A program made the position numbers and the translations under genes. A model generated the notes under the pieces. That model saw only the letters and a list, made by a program, of their open reading frames with translations, was not told where the DNA came from and did no database searches. From a virus (taxonomy: Duplodnaviria; Caudoviricetes), in IMG/VR virus record IMGVR_UViG_2713896764_000001, positions 1-64,000 of that record: a stretch of 64,000 nucleotides of DNA. One strand, 5' to 3'. Position 1 is the stretch's first letter. Each line of letters starts with the position of its first letter. Shown piece by piece: positions 31,534 through 41,649 of the stretch.

Positions 31534-32064
31534 TTATTTATCAGTTTTAGCAGTAGACTGTTTGACTAGCGCCTCTGCGGCACTGCCGCCAACAGTCATT
31601 AGATGGCCGGTTGAGTCTGGATAGGCAGTAAACTCAAGCTCGAATACACGCTCTTCGTTGTGCTTGTAGGCAAAGCTCATAGAGCCAGCCGTAGCAGCGC
31701 GAGGAATCGTTACCGAGTAGTCGTCTTTGTTGCGCGGAGTCAGCACAAGCGCCTGCGCCAGCTTCACTAGGTCAATACCCTCGCCAACCTTAACGGTCAG
31801 TGTCTTCTGACCCGAATCAATCGTTGAGCCAGGCATTACCGCAGTGATCTTCGCAATGTCCGTTTCCACCATCGGCACTTTGACCTTGATGTTACGACCC
31901 ATGATGCGCTCGGAAACGGTAGTCTCACCGAACTGGTCAACCTTCACTTCGTGAGTGTCAGTTGTAACCTCAACCTCTACACCACCTTTGGTTAGACCAA
32001 GTGAAACATCACCGAATGTCACATCACATGCGCCCAATTTGATGTTTTCAACTCCTGATGACAT
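31534..32064 (-). CDS. major tail tube protein
   Basis: IKLGACDV..LGLTKGGVEV...DQFG...ERVFELEF.AYPD. Confidence 0.85.
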   Translation of the reverse strand: MSSGVENIKLGACDVTFGDVSLGLTKGGVEVEVTTDTHEVKVDQFGETTVSERIMGRNIKVKVPMVETDIAKITAVMPGSTIDSGQKTLTVKVGEGIDLVKLAQALVLTPRNKDDYSVTIPRAATAGSMSFAYKHNEERVFELEFTAYPDSTGHLMTVGGSAAEALVKQSTAKTDK

Positions 32065-32078
32065 AGCAATTCCCTTTG

Positions 32079-32459
32079 TTAGAGTTTCACGCATGAAAAT
32101 TCCATTACCATCACGAACTCATACCGCCCTATTTCGTCCTGACGGTGCGGTTCAGGATAGGTAATGGGTCTGACGTAGTTAAAATGCACATTCCCCGAGG
32201 TGACGTTCTCCGCACCTGCATACTCGAAAATCTGCTCGACTAAGCTCACGCCGTCAGCTATCGAGTCGGAATGCACCACAAGCCTCAGAACATCCTTGTA
32301 ATAGCCTTTTAGCTCATGGTCGATTTTGAAGCCGCCGTATGGTACTGCGAGCAAAATGCCTGACACCACATCGGACGGCATTTCATAGGCAAAAAGTGTT
32401 TCTCCAATTACACCTACGCCAATGTAATCGAGGTAATGCGCATAGCTTTCCAAAATCAT
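32079..32459 (-). CDS. tail terminator / completion protein
   Basis: position and size in the neck module. Confidence 0.7.
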   Translation of the reverse strand: MILESYAHYLDYIGVGVIGETLFAYEMPSDVVSGILLAVPYGGFKIDHELKGYYKDVLRLVVHSDSIADGVSLVEQIFEYAGAENVTSGNVHFNYVRPITYPEPHRQDEIGRYEFVMVMEFSCVKL

Positions 32460-32902
32460 CGCCAGCGTCCCTTCAACCCTGCTTTGCTCAGGTCATTTCG
32501 TAGCTTGTCCATCCAGTGACGGCGTAACCACTCCCGAGAACGACCTACATAGCCAGAGCCAATTTTGAACTGAGAGGCTGACTGCTTTTCGATAGAGCGA
32601 ATGCCAAGTTTGTATCCGCCCTTGTTCATCGCCGGTGCGTATTTATCGACAGGTCGCTGAGTTTTGCTGTTAACAGCTCCCTCTCTAACCCCAATTCGCA
32701 TGATCAGACCGTCCTTAGTCTTCTCAACCGCCCCTTCAATGGACTCTTCCAATGAACCTGTATCCCTTGGAACCATCGCAGCCATCATTCGTGCGCCATC
32801 TTCGGCAACCTTTCTCGCCGTCTGTAACGTCACTCGCTTAAAACCGTTCTCAGCGTTGGTAAGCCTCTGCCGCGCTTTGCTGGCGGAAAATGTCAAACCC
32901 AA
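32456..32902 (-). CDS. HK97 gp10-like tail completion protein
   Basis: VPRDTGSLEESI motif. Confidence 0.8.
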   Translation of the reverse strand: MGLTFSASKARQRLTNAENGFKRVTLQTARKVAEDGARMMAAMVPRDTGSLEESIEGAVEKTKDGLIMRIGVREGAVNSKTQRPVDKYAPAMNKGGYKLGIRSIEKQSASQFKIGSGYVGRSREWLRRHWMDKLRNDLSKAGLKGRWR

Positions 32903-33231
32903 GGCTCTAGCTCCGCAGCAATGTGCCCCGCTCTCCCTCGCAAACCCAGCATGACTTCCAGTGAAACAATCCGGAGTCTACGGCCCCGAAAGTCCACACG
33001 GTCGTCTAGCTCAATTTCCGTATCTTCGGGGAACAGAAGTCGAACATCGTGTTTTTGCTGTAACCCTCTTCCGTAGGACGTTTCCGTAAGCGTTCCCTTG
33101 GTTGAGGAAGTCGAGCGAATGTCACGAATGACCAGCACTTCACAGTCAAAGGCAGGTTCATGGTTTTGCTCGCCATAAAGCCCACGCATCCGGACTTCCG
33201 TTTTTTTAAAAACAGTGACCGTGGCCTTCAT
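32893..33231 (-). CDS. head closure protein
   Basis: position; YGE...DDRV...LRIV beta pattern. Confidence 0.7.
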   Translation of the reverse strand: MKATVTVFKKTEVRMRGLYGEQNHEPAFDCEVLVIRDIRSTSSTKGTLTETSYGRGLQQKHDVRLLFPEDTEIELDDRVDFRGRRLRIVSLEVMLGLRGRAGHIAAELEPWV

Positions 33232-33233
33232 CG

Positions 33234-34028
33234 TTAACCTCGCCCAATTCGATATGAGCGAGTTGTGTATTTGCCCAGCACTCGAAAGGCTCTTGCGCCC
33301 ACGATTTCCTGAGCAGGTCGCCCTTGCTGATAAGTCAGCGAGGTTTCCCCTACACGCTCTGAAACAAGACCGCTGCGCCTCGCCAAGTCAATGGGATCAC
33401 CACCAAGCACATCGTCAGCCTCATAAATCACTGCAACGGCAATGTCTTCAAGGAAACGGGCTGGCAGATCCATGTATTCACCTGCGCTTAGCCTGGTTAG
33501 GTCAATGCCTTTGTCGAACGATGGAAAGTCGGCAAAACAACCTGAGCGCTCATACACAACCGCTGGATTAAATCGCATGGCGGAAATCCGGCGTGACGCC
33601 TCAATAATGGCTTTGCGCTTCTCACCTTGGCTTGCGCCAAGAAACTTGCTCACGTTCGGCACATCCAGCAGGTGAAGTTCTGCTTCGGCTACCGTAATCA
33701 GTGTCTCTTGAGGGACAAAAAGATCTGCACTGGCAATAATTGCATACCGGCGTTCCTGCTGAGCAACATCGCCATCATCGTTCTCCATCGTTAGGTGAAT
33801 GATGCGCAGCGCCTTACGCTGAAAGCCGTCGAGTCTATTTAGTTCGTCATCAATGACGATTTCCACAAACTCATCGTCGCTGTAGACATCAATCGGCAGT
33901 TCGTCGGTCAACAACATGCCGTGATGATCCTGAACGCGGTATGACGCAGTGATTTTCCCGTCAAGGTTTGGAGCATCAAACCGAATCGTTACACTGCTGC
34001 CTGCGATATGAGTTGCCAGTTCAGACAT
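33234..34028 (-). CDS. head-tail adaptor
   Basis: GLVSERVGETSLTY C-terminal motif; position after capsid. Confidence 0.7.
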   Translation of the reverse strand: MSELATHIAGSSVTIRFDAPNLDGKITASYRVQDHHGMLLTDELPIDVYSDDEFVEIVIDDELNRLDGFQRKALRIIHLTMENDDGDVAQQERRYAIIASADLFVPQETLITVAEAELHLLDVPNVSKFLGASQGEKRKAIIEASRRISAMRFNPAVVYERSGCFADFPSFDKGIDLTRLSAGEYMDLPARFLEDIAVAVIYEADDVLGGDPIDLARRSGLVSERVGETSLTYQQGRPAQEIVGARAFRVLGKYTTRSYRIGRG

Positions 34029-34029
34029 T

Positions 34030-34482
34030 TCATGCCTCCTGAGCGGCAAGAATTTCTTCGATCAGCTCTTCGATAGAGCGAGCTTTGATACCGAAGGTCT
34101 CTCCAACCTTACGAAGCCCTGCAATACCAGACTTGTCCGCAATTGCCTCTAGCTCATCGCGTGTAAACGTTGGTAGTGCCTGTTTAGGCTGCTCAACCTT
34201 GGCTTTCTTGCCAATGCGCTTCTCAACCGGTTCGGCTGACTGAATTACCTTCTTCGCCTGATCGGCGTCAGTGGTGTTGTATCCACGCCACATCGTCTCG
34301 GCAGGATTCGGGTTTTGCCCCTCGTCAGTCTCAACTTCCATGATTGCGCCGAGGGTTTGAGCGTCACGATAAGGGATCGGCTCAACAGTCTTGCCGTTCT
34401 CAAAATAGGCACCAACCATAACGCCGGTGAAGTTTGAGAATGTCTCTGACTTGATGATCACATGCACTTTCTTATTTTGCAT
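34030..34482 (-). CDS. hypothetical virion-associated protein
   Basis: 150-aa ORF after MCP with a HeH/LEM-like C-terminus. Confidence 0.65.
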   Translation of the reverse strand: MQNKKVHVIIKSETFSNFTGVMVGAYFENGKTVEPIPYRDAQTLGAIMEVETDEGQNPNPAETMWRGYNTTDADQAKKVIQSAEPVEKRIGKKAKVEQPKQALPTFTRDELEAIADKSGIAGLRKVGETFGIKARSIEELIEEILAAQEA

Positions 34483-34574
34483 ATCTACCCTCTTTGTAAA
34501 TACGGGCGGCTCTTTCGAACCGCCCTGACAACTTCAAATCAACACAGATAAGTCACGAGTGACTTATCTAGCAA

Positions 34575-35465
34575 TTAAAATTTTACGTTGTCGATACGAG
34601 CGATAGCGTAGTCGTGCTTGTTAGCCAGACCGCAATACCACTTAACGCGGGTGCGAACCGCATCTTTGTTTTGAACTGTGCCGATAGACTCAACAACGAT
34701 ACCAGCGTTGTCCCCGCCATACAGGCCAGTTACACCGTTTTCTTCGCTCAGGTGAAGAGCGTAGATTGGTGCTTTCTTAGTGCCCTCGCCGTCAGTAACA
34801 GGCAGGAAGTCGTTCACGATGATTGGCACACCGTTGTGGGTCAGCATAACTTTGCCGAACTGTGGCAGCATCACTTCTGATGGTTGCAGACCGCCTACTG
34901 TGCGCAGCAGTTGCAGGTAAGCGCGTTTGTGTTCAGAACGCATCATGATTGCGTCACAGCCCAGCGCGTTAACCGCATCAACCACTTCATCCAGCATTGA
35001 CCAGTTCATTGCAGCGCCAGCCGCGTCGATGATCTGATCGCTTGCAGTCAAACGGCCAAGGCCATCGAAAGACTTGCTGTTAGAGGTTTCGTCACCAAGA
35101 ACCAGAGCGCGCTTGAACGAACGAGCCAGACCTTTAACTTTCAGGCGAACTTGGGTCGCAAGCTGATCGCTAGTGTCAGACATAGTAGTTTGAATGAACT
35201 TGTCTACATCCACGTCACCCGCGATGATGCGTAGCTTCGCAACATGCTCGGAGAACTTAGCCGCGCCTTCTGGAACAGCGTCGTTTGGATCTAGGAAAGA
35301 TGCTTCGCTTAGCTCTTTTTCGCGGTTGTAAAGGTAGGCTTTAGAGTTCACTTTCATGAACGGCAGAACAGCGAATAGCTCTTCACGATCGATGATCGTT
35401 TCAATGATTCCCTGCTCAAGTTCGTTGTTTGATAGCTTTTTAGCTTCGTCGATTAATAGAGGCAT
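34575..35465 (-). CDS. major capsid protein
   Basis: HK97-fold hallmarks (FDGL, GVPIIVNDF, RVKWYCG); strong RBS. Confidence 0.9.
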   Translation of the reverse strand: MPLLIDEAKKLSNNELEQGIIETIIDREELFAVLPFMKVNSKAYLYNREKELSEASFLDPNDAVPEGAAKFSEHVAKLRIIAGDVDVDKFIQTTMSDTSDQLATQVRLKVKGLARSFKRALVLGDETSNSKSFDGLGRLTASDQIIDAAGAAMNWSMLDEVVDAVNALGCDAIMMRSEHKRAYLQLLRTVGGLQPSEVMLPQFGKVMLTHNGVPIIVNDFLPVTDGEGTKKAPIYALHLSEENGVTGLYGGDNAGIVVESIGTVQNKDAVRTRVKWYCGLANKHDYAIARIDNVKF

Positions 35466-35512
35466 TATCTATTCCTTTAGACAATCAAAGGGAGGCTCCT
35501 TGCCTCACCCAA

Positions 35513-36352
35513 CTACTTCATCAATTTGGCTAGACCCGAAGAGAGCTTTTGCTCAATGGTTTTTGCCTGCGATTCCTGACCAGGCTTAATACCGAAATCA
35601 GTCATCGAATTTGCCCCTGCCTTTTGGCTAGAGCGAAGAATATGATCGGCGTCTGTATCGGCTGCGATGATTCGGCTAATTGCATCCTCGAAGCCAACAG
35701 GTTCGCCCTGTGCGTCAACAAGAGGTGCGCGATCTGCGCAACCGGCTGGCTTGTTGTAGCCAATCACCTGCCCCTGCTCGTTAACTTCGAAATGACTGCC
35801 GTAAAGCACTCGTGCCTTCGTCGCTGGAAGAACGGTTTTCTCGCGCAGGAATGAAGAATTGCTAAACGACTGACCGACTGTTAGCTCGATGATTTGCTTA
35901 TGTAGCGCTGCCTTTTCGTTATTGGCCTGCTCTACTTGGCCGCGAAGCCCTTGTAGTTCGGTTTCATGCTGCTCAACCATTTGCGATTTCAGAGCATCCC
36001 ACTGGCCTTTCTCTTCAAGGCGGCGAGTCTCTTCTTCTTGCTCACGGGCTAAGCGCTCTTGTTCAACCGCAAGAAGTTGTTGCACTTTCTCAGGCGTTAC
36101 GTCACCGAATGCCTTCAACTTCTCTTTCTTCTTCATTGCATCTTTCAACAGGGAAGCGTTCTCTTGTTCCAGTGTTGCTAGACGCGCTTTCATAGAATCA
36201 ACATCTTCAACATCTTGCTGACCTTGTTGGTCTTGTTGACTCTGCTCTTCTTGGCCTTTGTCGGCTACACCAGCACCACCAGCTTCCTCGCCGTTGGTTG
36301 CTTCACTCATGTAACCGCCTTGCGCCATCAGCTTTCGTAGGTAAAACGGCAT
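35513..36352 (-). CDS. capsid scaffolding protein
   Basis: coiled-coil ORF between portal and MCP. Confidence 0.8.
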   Translation of the reverse strand: MPFYLRKLMAQGGYMSEATNGEEAGGAGVADKGQEEQSQQDQQGQQDVEDVDSMKARLATLEQENASLLKDAMKKKEKLKAFGDVTPEKVQQLLAVEQERLAREQEEETRRLEEKGQWDALKSQMVEQHETELQGLRGQVEQANNEKAALHKQIIELTVGQSFSNSSFLREKTVLPATKARVLYGSHFEVNEQGQVIGYNKPAGCADRAPLVDAQGEPVGFEDAISRIIAADTDADHILRSSQKAGANSMTDFGIKPGQESQAKTIEQKLSSGLAKLMK

Positions 36353-36375
36353 ATCAAAAATCCCTTTTTCGTTGA

Positions 36376-37917
36376 TTACTCGGTCTCTTGAGCATCAGTA
36401 GGTTCAGTCTCTCGAACCATTTGCGCTCGAGTATAAGTAAGCACTGACTTATTATCAATATCCATTTTAGAATTTTTAGGCGGAAAATCAGCTAATTCGG
36501 CAAAAATTTCAGCCTCTTTGTCCTTCGGCAGACGAGGGAATACTTTTTTCAGCACCATTGCCATTTGCTCACGACGAGCAGCATCAGGCGCTTCAAGGTT
36601 TTTCATCTGCTCTGCAACGGCAAATTCATCGGCTAGGCCACGAATATCAAAGCTCTCCGGATAGCTCACATAGTCCACCATTTGAGAGTCACCTGACTTC
36701 CCGTGCCAGCGCTCAACGATAGCCGCCAGACGATGCTCTGCCTGCTCCAATGTGCTTGCCTTGTTTACCAGCAGGGAGTTGACGCGCTGGAAATCAAAGG
36801 CTTTCGCTACGCCGGATGAGTTATCAATACCAACGGCGTTATCTTGCTTGGTTCGTTCTCCGGCCACACCGATAGAGTGATAGATCTCGTTAATGATCTT
36901 CGAGATAGTGTCGATAATGATTTGTGCCTGCTTAGGATCTGGTGACATGAAGAACGGCTTCGCCCCACCCTCACCGTTGAACGTGAATACCCGCTTGGTT
37001 CCCATATCCAAAACCTTTTGCAGATCATCATCACCTGGCAATAGCCCTTGGACCGGAATCGCAAGTTGCGAATAGGTTTGGTCTTGGATAATCGCGTCCA
37101 AGTTGGACAGGTAGTTCGCAACCGAGCGATCAAGATAAGCCACGTCATCAATCAGCCCCGTCGCTGCATACTTGTTTTCCGATGAGTGGAAGCAATCGAC
37201 TGGAAACACTGGAACAACGTTCAAATCGTGCGTCCCTGCACTCTCCAAGCCCAGTTTGACTTTCGCCCCTTTGTGCTTTTGTGGAAACTCGCGGAACAGA
37301 TACCAGCCCTGCTTTGTCCACAGACGATAACGTAGGAACGTTTTGCCGGTTGATTCGAATGGATCGGCATCATCACGACCGGTTTCTGCAATCAGACACC
37401 ATGACAGATCGCCATTCTCGTCGTAGGCAAAATCAAGCATCTGCATTGGCGTAACGATATAGGCGTAAACGCGGCTATCTGAGTTCTTCTCATCTGCCAG
37501 CGTTACAATGTCACTTGACTTGGTCGAGTCCACTACGACCCAAATACGACCGAATACAGACGATGAGATATCAACGGTTCGCATAAAATCGTCAATATCC
37601 AGCTTGTCGCGGGTCGCACACTCCCAAAAGCGCTTAACCTCTTCGCTGGCGTCCTCGGCACGAGTAACCGTTTCCTTGAAGATATACTTATGAACAAGGT
37701 TCACGACCTCTCGGGTGTGGTTGAACCGGTAGGCACGATCAATACGTTCCTTGTATTCCGCGTCGCCCTCTTTGTAGTAGCGGAAAATATTCTTCTTGAA
37801 CCACTCACGACCGCCTTTGTAGGTGGACTCCAAAAACTGCCAGTGCTCAAGCATCGCCTCATAAAGTGGATGGCGACGACTAACCAGCTCCATGATTTTC
37901 TTGTCTGAAATTTCCAT
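36376..37917 (-). CDS. portal protein
   Basis: 513 aa after TerL; SPP1-like portal motifs, SGVAKAFDF. Confidence 0.88.
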   Translation of the reverse strand: MEISDKKIMELVSRRHPLYEAMLEHWQFLESTYKGGREWFKKNIFRYYKEGDAEYKERIDRAYRFNHTREVVNLVHKYIFKETVTRAEDASEEVKRFWECATRDKLDIDDFMRTVDISSSVFGRIWVVVDSTKSSDIVTLADEKNSDSRVYAYIVTPMQMLDFAYDENGDLSWCLIAETGRDDADPFESTGKTFLRYRLWTKQGWYLFREFPQKHKGAKVKLGLESAGTHDLNVVPVFPVDCFHSSENKYAATGLIDDVAYLDRSVANYLSNLDAIIQDQTYSQLAIPVQGLLPGDDDLQKVLDMGTKRVFTFNGEGGAKPFFMSPDPKQAQIIIDTISKIINEIYHSIGVAGERTKQDNAVGIDNSSGVAKAFDFQRVNSLLVNKASTLEQAEHRLAAIVERWHGKSGDSQMVDYVSYPESFDIRGLADEFAVAEQMKNLEAPDAARREQMAMVLKKVFPRLPKDKEAEIFAELADFPPKNSKMDIDNKSVLTYTRAQMVRETEPTDAQETE

Positions 37918-37947
37918 TTTTCTTACTAATGCTAAGTCATAGGTGAC

Positions 37948-39201
37948 TTATCTTGAAACGCCAATAATAGAGTGTTTCTTCACAGGGAAACGACGGTGAA
38001 TTGGATAGCCCAAAGCATCCGTGATGTGCTCTACCCCTGCCGCCTTGTCGATATCGCGAGTGCCAGGCTTATAAAGCACTTGCTCAAACGACTCGATGGT
38101 TGTCCGGCAGCTCGGGTCAACATACAGTCGAACCGCGCCGTTTGCTGCGCGAAGCAGTCGGTTGACGGCATTCACACGGTCTGCAATCGCAGGGTGCTTT
38201 TTGGGATGGTCAATTCGCACGAACCCCTTTTCCCTGAAAATATCCAAGTCCGACTCACCGCGAGCATGTTGTCGGTGTGCGCCTGCAGGGTCGGGATAAA
38301 CCGTAATCTGCTGCTTCCAGCGCCAAAACTTACGCTCCAATTCGTCACAAGCCTCTTCGGTGTTGGACGAATGCAGAACGATTTCATCAACAACCCAAAT
38401 TTCCCCATTTGGCTGAGGCTGTAAGACCACTGCACTCATCGGGTCGATGTTGAAGTCCTGTCCCACCCAGATTGGTAATTTAGGATTGAACGGGCATGGT
38501 TTAACGTGGGTTTCACGCTCAAACGGGTAATAAACCCGACCGGACATCGTCGTGAACGACGCCTCGTATTCCTGCATGAATGACTTCGGATCTAGGTCAG
38601 CTCTCGCCGCCTCGATTTCGTCCTCTGGAACGAATGGGGACATTGCCGTTGTGTATTGCCAGCTTTCCCATTGGCCGCGACGAACCATTTCCGGATCTTG
38701 ACCCATTTTCCAAAGGTCATAGAACGCTGAGAAACCTTTAGGTGTCCCGATGATCAATGCACCACCGCGTGTGGACGATAGCGTTGGGCGAATTACCTTA
38801 GTCCACGTCTCAGGCTTCATATCCTGAAACTCATCAAGAACGACGAAGTGCAAGGCCACACCACGGAGCGTATCGGGCTTATCCGCCCCCTTTAACGCAA
38901 TCTCTGATCCGTTCTTTAGGATCATGGTCATGGTTGTGTCGTTGGTCTTTAGCACATACCGGTCATTGATGGTCTGCTTTAGCTCATCCCACAGGATTTG
39001 CCTTGCCATCTGATAGGTCGGTGCGATATACCAAACCCGCTGTCTCCGCGCCTTCATCGCATACTTGGTGATCAGCGAGATGGACAGCATCGACTTGCCC
39101 CAACGACGACCGGCGCAAACCACCTTGAAACGGGCGCGAGATTTGAAGACCTTCATCTGCCCCGCATGAAGCTGAATGATATTGCCGACTGAAATACCCA
39201 T
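37948..39201 (-). CDS. terL: terminase large subunit
   Basis: AGRRWGKS, VLDEFQD, GTPKG, GQDFN, DPAG, HITDALGY. Confidence 0.95.
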   Translation of the reverse strand: MGISVGNIIQLHAGQMKVFKSRARFKVVCAGRRWGKSMLSISLITKYAMKARRQRVWYIAPTYQMARQILWDELKQTINDRYVLKTNDTTMTMILKNGSEIALKGADKPDTLRGVALHFVVLDEFQDMKPETWTKVIRPTLSSTRGGALIIGTPKGFSAFYDLWKMGQDPEMVRRGQWESWQYTTAMSPFVPEDEIEAARADLDPKSFMQEYEASFTTMSGRVYYPFERETHVKPCPFNPKLPIWVGQDFNIDPMSAVVLQPQPNGEIWVVDEIVLHSSNTEEACDELERKFWRWKQQITVYPDPAGAHRQHARGESDLDIFREKGFVRIDHPKKHPAIADRVNAVNRLLRAANGAVRLYVDPSCRTTIESFEQVLYKPGTRDIDKAAGVEHITDALGYPIHRRFPVKKHSIIGVSR

Positions 39202-39836
39202 TAGGTAACAGCCTCCGACTCAGCCTCCTCTCGCTCAAGCTCTTCCCGCTCTGACGCAATTTCCTCGGCAAGTTCTGCTTCCAGCTCATCCAGGTCAACA
39301 ATGTCTTCGGCATCGCCAGTTTGGGCCTTGCGAAGCTCAAGCACCTGTTCTTGAGTCAGCTCGGCGAACATCAGCTCAGGCAATTCGTCGTCGCGAACGT
39401 CTCTGTCATCCATGCGAAGTGCCTTGTGGGAAACCTCATAGCACTTGGCTAAGGCAGCCGACGCTCGTTGCAGTGCCTTAATTGATTCTTCGGCTGAACC
39501 TATGCCTCCGTGCGATCTTGCACCTTCGGCAACTTCCTTCATCACAAGCGCGCCAAGGTTGTAAGCCCACTTGTCGTATGACTCCTGACGAGAGGCGATC
39601 AAGTTTGCCCGTTCCACGGACTTGTCGATCATTTTCTCTTTCACAGCCTCTCTGACAGCATCCGCAGTGGCAGCGCTACCCTTCTCTACCCCACGAGCCT
39701 TAAATCGTCTTGAAAGCGTTTCTGGACGCATCCCCGACTTCTCTGACAGCGCCGCAAGCGTGTATTCGCCCGAAGCCCACATAACCTCAAGCTCAATCCA
39801 TTCCGACGGCGTTAAAATCCTTTTCTTCTCCACCAT
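39201..39836 (-). CDS. terS: terminase small subunit
   Basis: N-terminal HTH, directly upstream of terL; ATG at 39836 abuts an 18-bp palindrome. Confidence 0.75.
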   Translation of the reverse strand: MVEKKRILTPSEWIELEVMWASGEYTLAALSEKSGMRPETLSRRFKARGVEKGSAATADAVREAVKEKMIDKSVERANLIASRQESYDKWAYNLGALVMKEVAEGARSHGGIGSAEESIKALQRASAALAKCYEVSHKALRMDDRDVRDDELPELMFAELTQEQVLELRKAQTGDAEDIVDLDELEAELAEEIASEREELEREEAESEAVT

Positions 39837-39924
39837 AAGTAACCCATTACTTACCAAACGAGGCGATATTATCAGCAAGGCGCGGTATTGTTAAGATTAT
39901 GAGTAAGCCGCAGCTTATTATTTT

Positions 39925-40126
39925 TAATAATATAAATATTATGGAAGCGCGGTTTTTGAAGAGATTTATGTGAAAGGTAAGGTTCTAACGAACCTTACTT
40001 TCACGAAGAGTTTTCAATTCCGCAGGTAGTTTGAAGAGAAGTCGCGGAGTCTTAATCTTGATTGGAAGCTGGGTTCGCAAGAACCTTGCTTCCAATATAT
40101 ATAATATATTTTCTTAATATTATTAG
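39925..40126. repeat. dispersed foldback element, copy B
   Basis: ATATTATGGAAGCGCGGTTTT ... AACCTTGCTTCCAATATATA with internal hairpins. Confidence 0.8.
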
Positions 40127-40401
40127 GACATGCCTACTCGTGCGATCTGCTTGGCGAAAGCCCGCCCCAAAGTTGTCAGCAGCAGCGTCCGACGATTCTG
40201 ACCTCCCTCTGAGCGCTTGCGGAGTTCGCCTTTGGTCAGCAGCCGTTTCTCGATCAGTGCTCGCAGGCTGAACTGAAAACTTTCTTTTGACGTTTTGTAA
40301 GGTAGCGACTCAAGAACCGAATCCAGATCTGCAATGCCTCGCACCTCTTCGACAATGAGGATTGTATGGATAATCTGTTTTTGTTTCTTGGTGAGAATCA
40401 T
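40123..40401 (-). CDS. winged-helix DNA-binding protein
   Basis: SFQFSLRALIEKRLL...RRTLLLTTLG wHTH pattern. Confidence 0.75.
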   Translation of the reverse strand: MILTKKQKQIIHTILIVEEVRGIADLDSVLESLPYKTSKESFQFSLRALIEKRLLTKGELRKRSEGGQNRRTLLLTTLGRAFAKQIARVGMS

Positions 40402-41309
40402 GCGGACTTAACCTCCTTCCACTCCCTTAATTTCTCCATGTTCAAAGGTTCGTTCATCCCCTGCCAGTAGAATGCCTCGATAGGCAGTTCCTTTGGCATT
40501 GACGCATTGCCGTAGTCAGGATTTTTGTAAGCACCGTAGATGGCCGTTGAAAAACATAGGTCTTGAAGCCCGGCAACAACCTCTTCGATGGACATTGTCT
40601 CGTAGAAGTCCTTAGCCCGTTTTTTGTTGTTCTTGCCAGCCTTATCTCGACTTGAATGCTTAAAATAAACATCAATCAGAGCTTTTCGCGTCCGCTCACG
40701 CAGTGATGGGCTGAAATTCGCAATCTCCGCCATCACAGCGTCCACATCTGTCGGATCTGACTCGACGTATAAGCTAAACGCTTTAAGCGCGTCTCGTCGC
40801 TTCTGTGGCGCAGGTGGCTTAACGAATTTGAAGCCAGCTTTCATGGCGAACGGATTGTATTTGGACATGGCCGACTTAATCTCAATGACTTCCCTATCGT
40901 GCATACGGCACGCAAGGTTGATCATCTGGTAGCTAATTCCACAGCCGCGATACATGGTATCCAGCACACACCGAGAAATTGTGCCGAACCAGCGCTTCGT
41001 GACCATCTTGCCTCGATAGGTATTGGTCAGCTTGGTTTCGGTGCCAGGTGCCATCTTGGGGAACATCAGGTGACGTTCGGCCAGAAGTAACTGCGGATAC
41101 ACGATAACAACAACACCAATCAGGTTGCCGTCCAGCTCACAGCGATAATACTCAGCAGCGCCAAAGCTATTGCCAGCCTTGTAATGCAGTGATTTGAGGG
41201 CGTGCCAGTCCTCGACACTGCCCTTCTTCACTACAATGCGATCCATGAACGGCAGGCGGCTTGGAAAGTCCGAAGCCTTGTGGCGCTCAATAATCACATC
41301 ATGCTGCAT
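40398..41309 (-). CDS. GNAT/Mom-like acetyltransferase
   Basis: LHY N-terminus, ISRCVLDTMYRGCGIS acetyl-CoA motif, NPF...GF. Confidence 0.7.
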   Translation of the reverse strand: MQHDVIIERHKASDFPSRLPFMDRIVVKKGSVEDWHALKSLHYKAGNSFGAAEYYRCELDGNLIGVVVIVYPQLLLAERHLMFPKMAPGTETKLTNTYRGKMVTKRWFGTISRCVLDTMYRGCGISYQMINLACRMHDREVIEIKSAMSKYNPFAMKAGFKFVKPPAPQKRRDALKAFSLYVESDPTDVDAVMAEIANFSPSLRERTRKALIDVYFKHSSRDKAGKNNKKRAKDFYETMSIEEVVAGLQDLCFSTAIYGAYKNPDYGNASMPKELPIEAFYWQGMNEPLNMEKLREWKEVKSA

Positions 41310-41649
41310 GAGGAACCTCAGCTAACTTTTCACAAAGCAGATAGCCTTCCAGTTGCCAGATTTCACGATAGGCATTGTCAAAGGCCACCTTCTTGCCAAT
41401 TTCCTCATCGTCGTTTTCCGGTGAGCAGCAGGCACTTGGTTTGCCGGTTACAGAGAAGCCGTTCACCATGTTAATCACACACCAGCGAAGAATACCGCCG
41501 GTTGGCAGTGTGTGCTTGACGTATTCGACCGAATGGATGCGCTCGGCGATGCTTTCAACCGTTACGCGAGGGGCTGTAAGTCCCTTCTTGTCCATCATGT
41601 CCTGAATTTCGTTACGGCGGGTCAGTTCATTCATTTTTGCTCTCTCCAT
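41299..41649 (-). CDS. N4 gp49 / Sf6 gp66 family protein
   Basis: TAPRVT...NGFSVTG.SAC.SPEN...IG...A..NA...IWQLEGYLL. Confidence 0.85.
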   Translation of the reverse strand: MERAKMNELTRRNEIQDMMDKKGLTAPRVTVESIAERIHSVEYVKHTLPTGGILRWCVINMVNGFSVTGKPSACCSPENDDEEIGKKVAFDNAYREIWQLEGYLLCEKLAEVPHAA

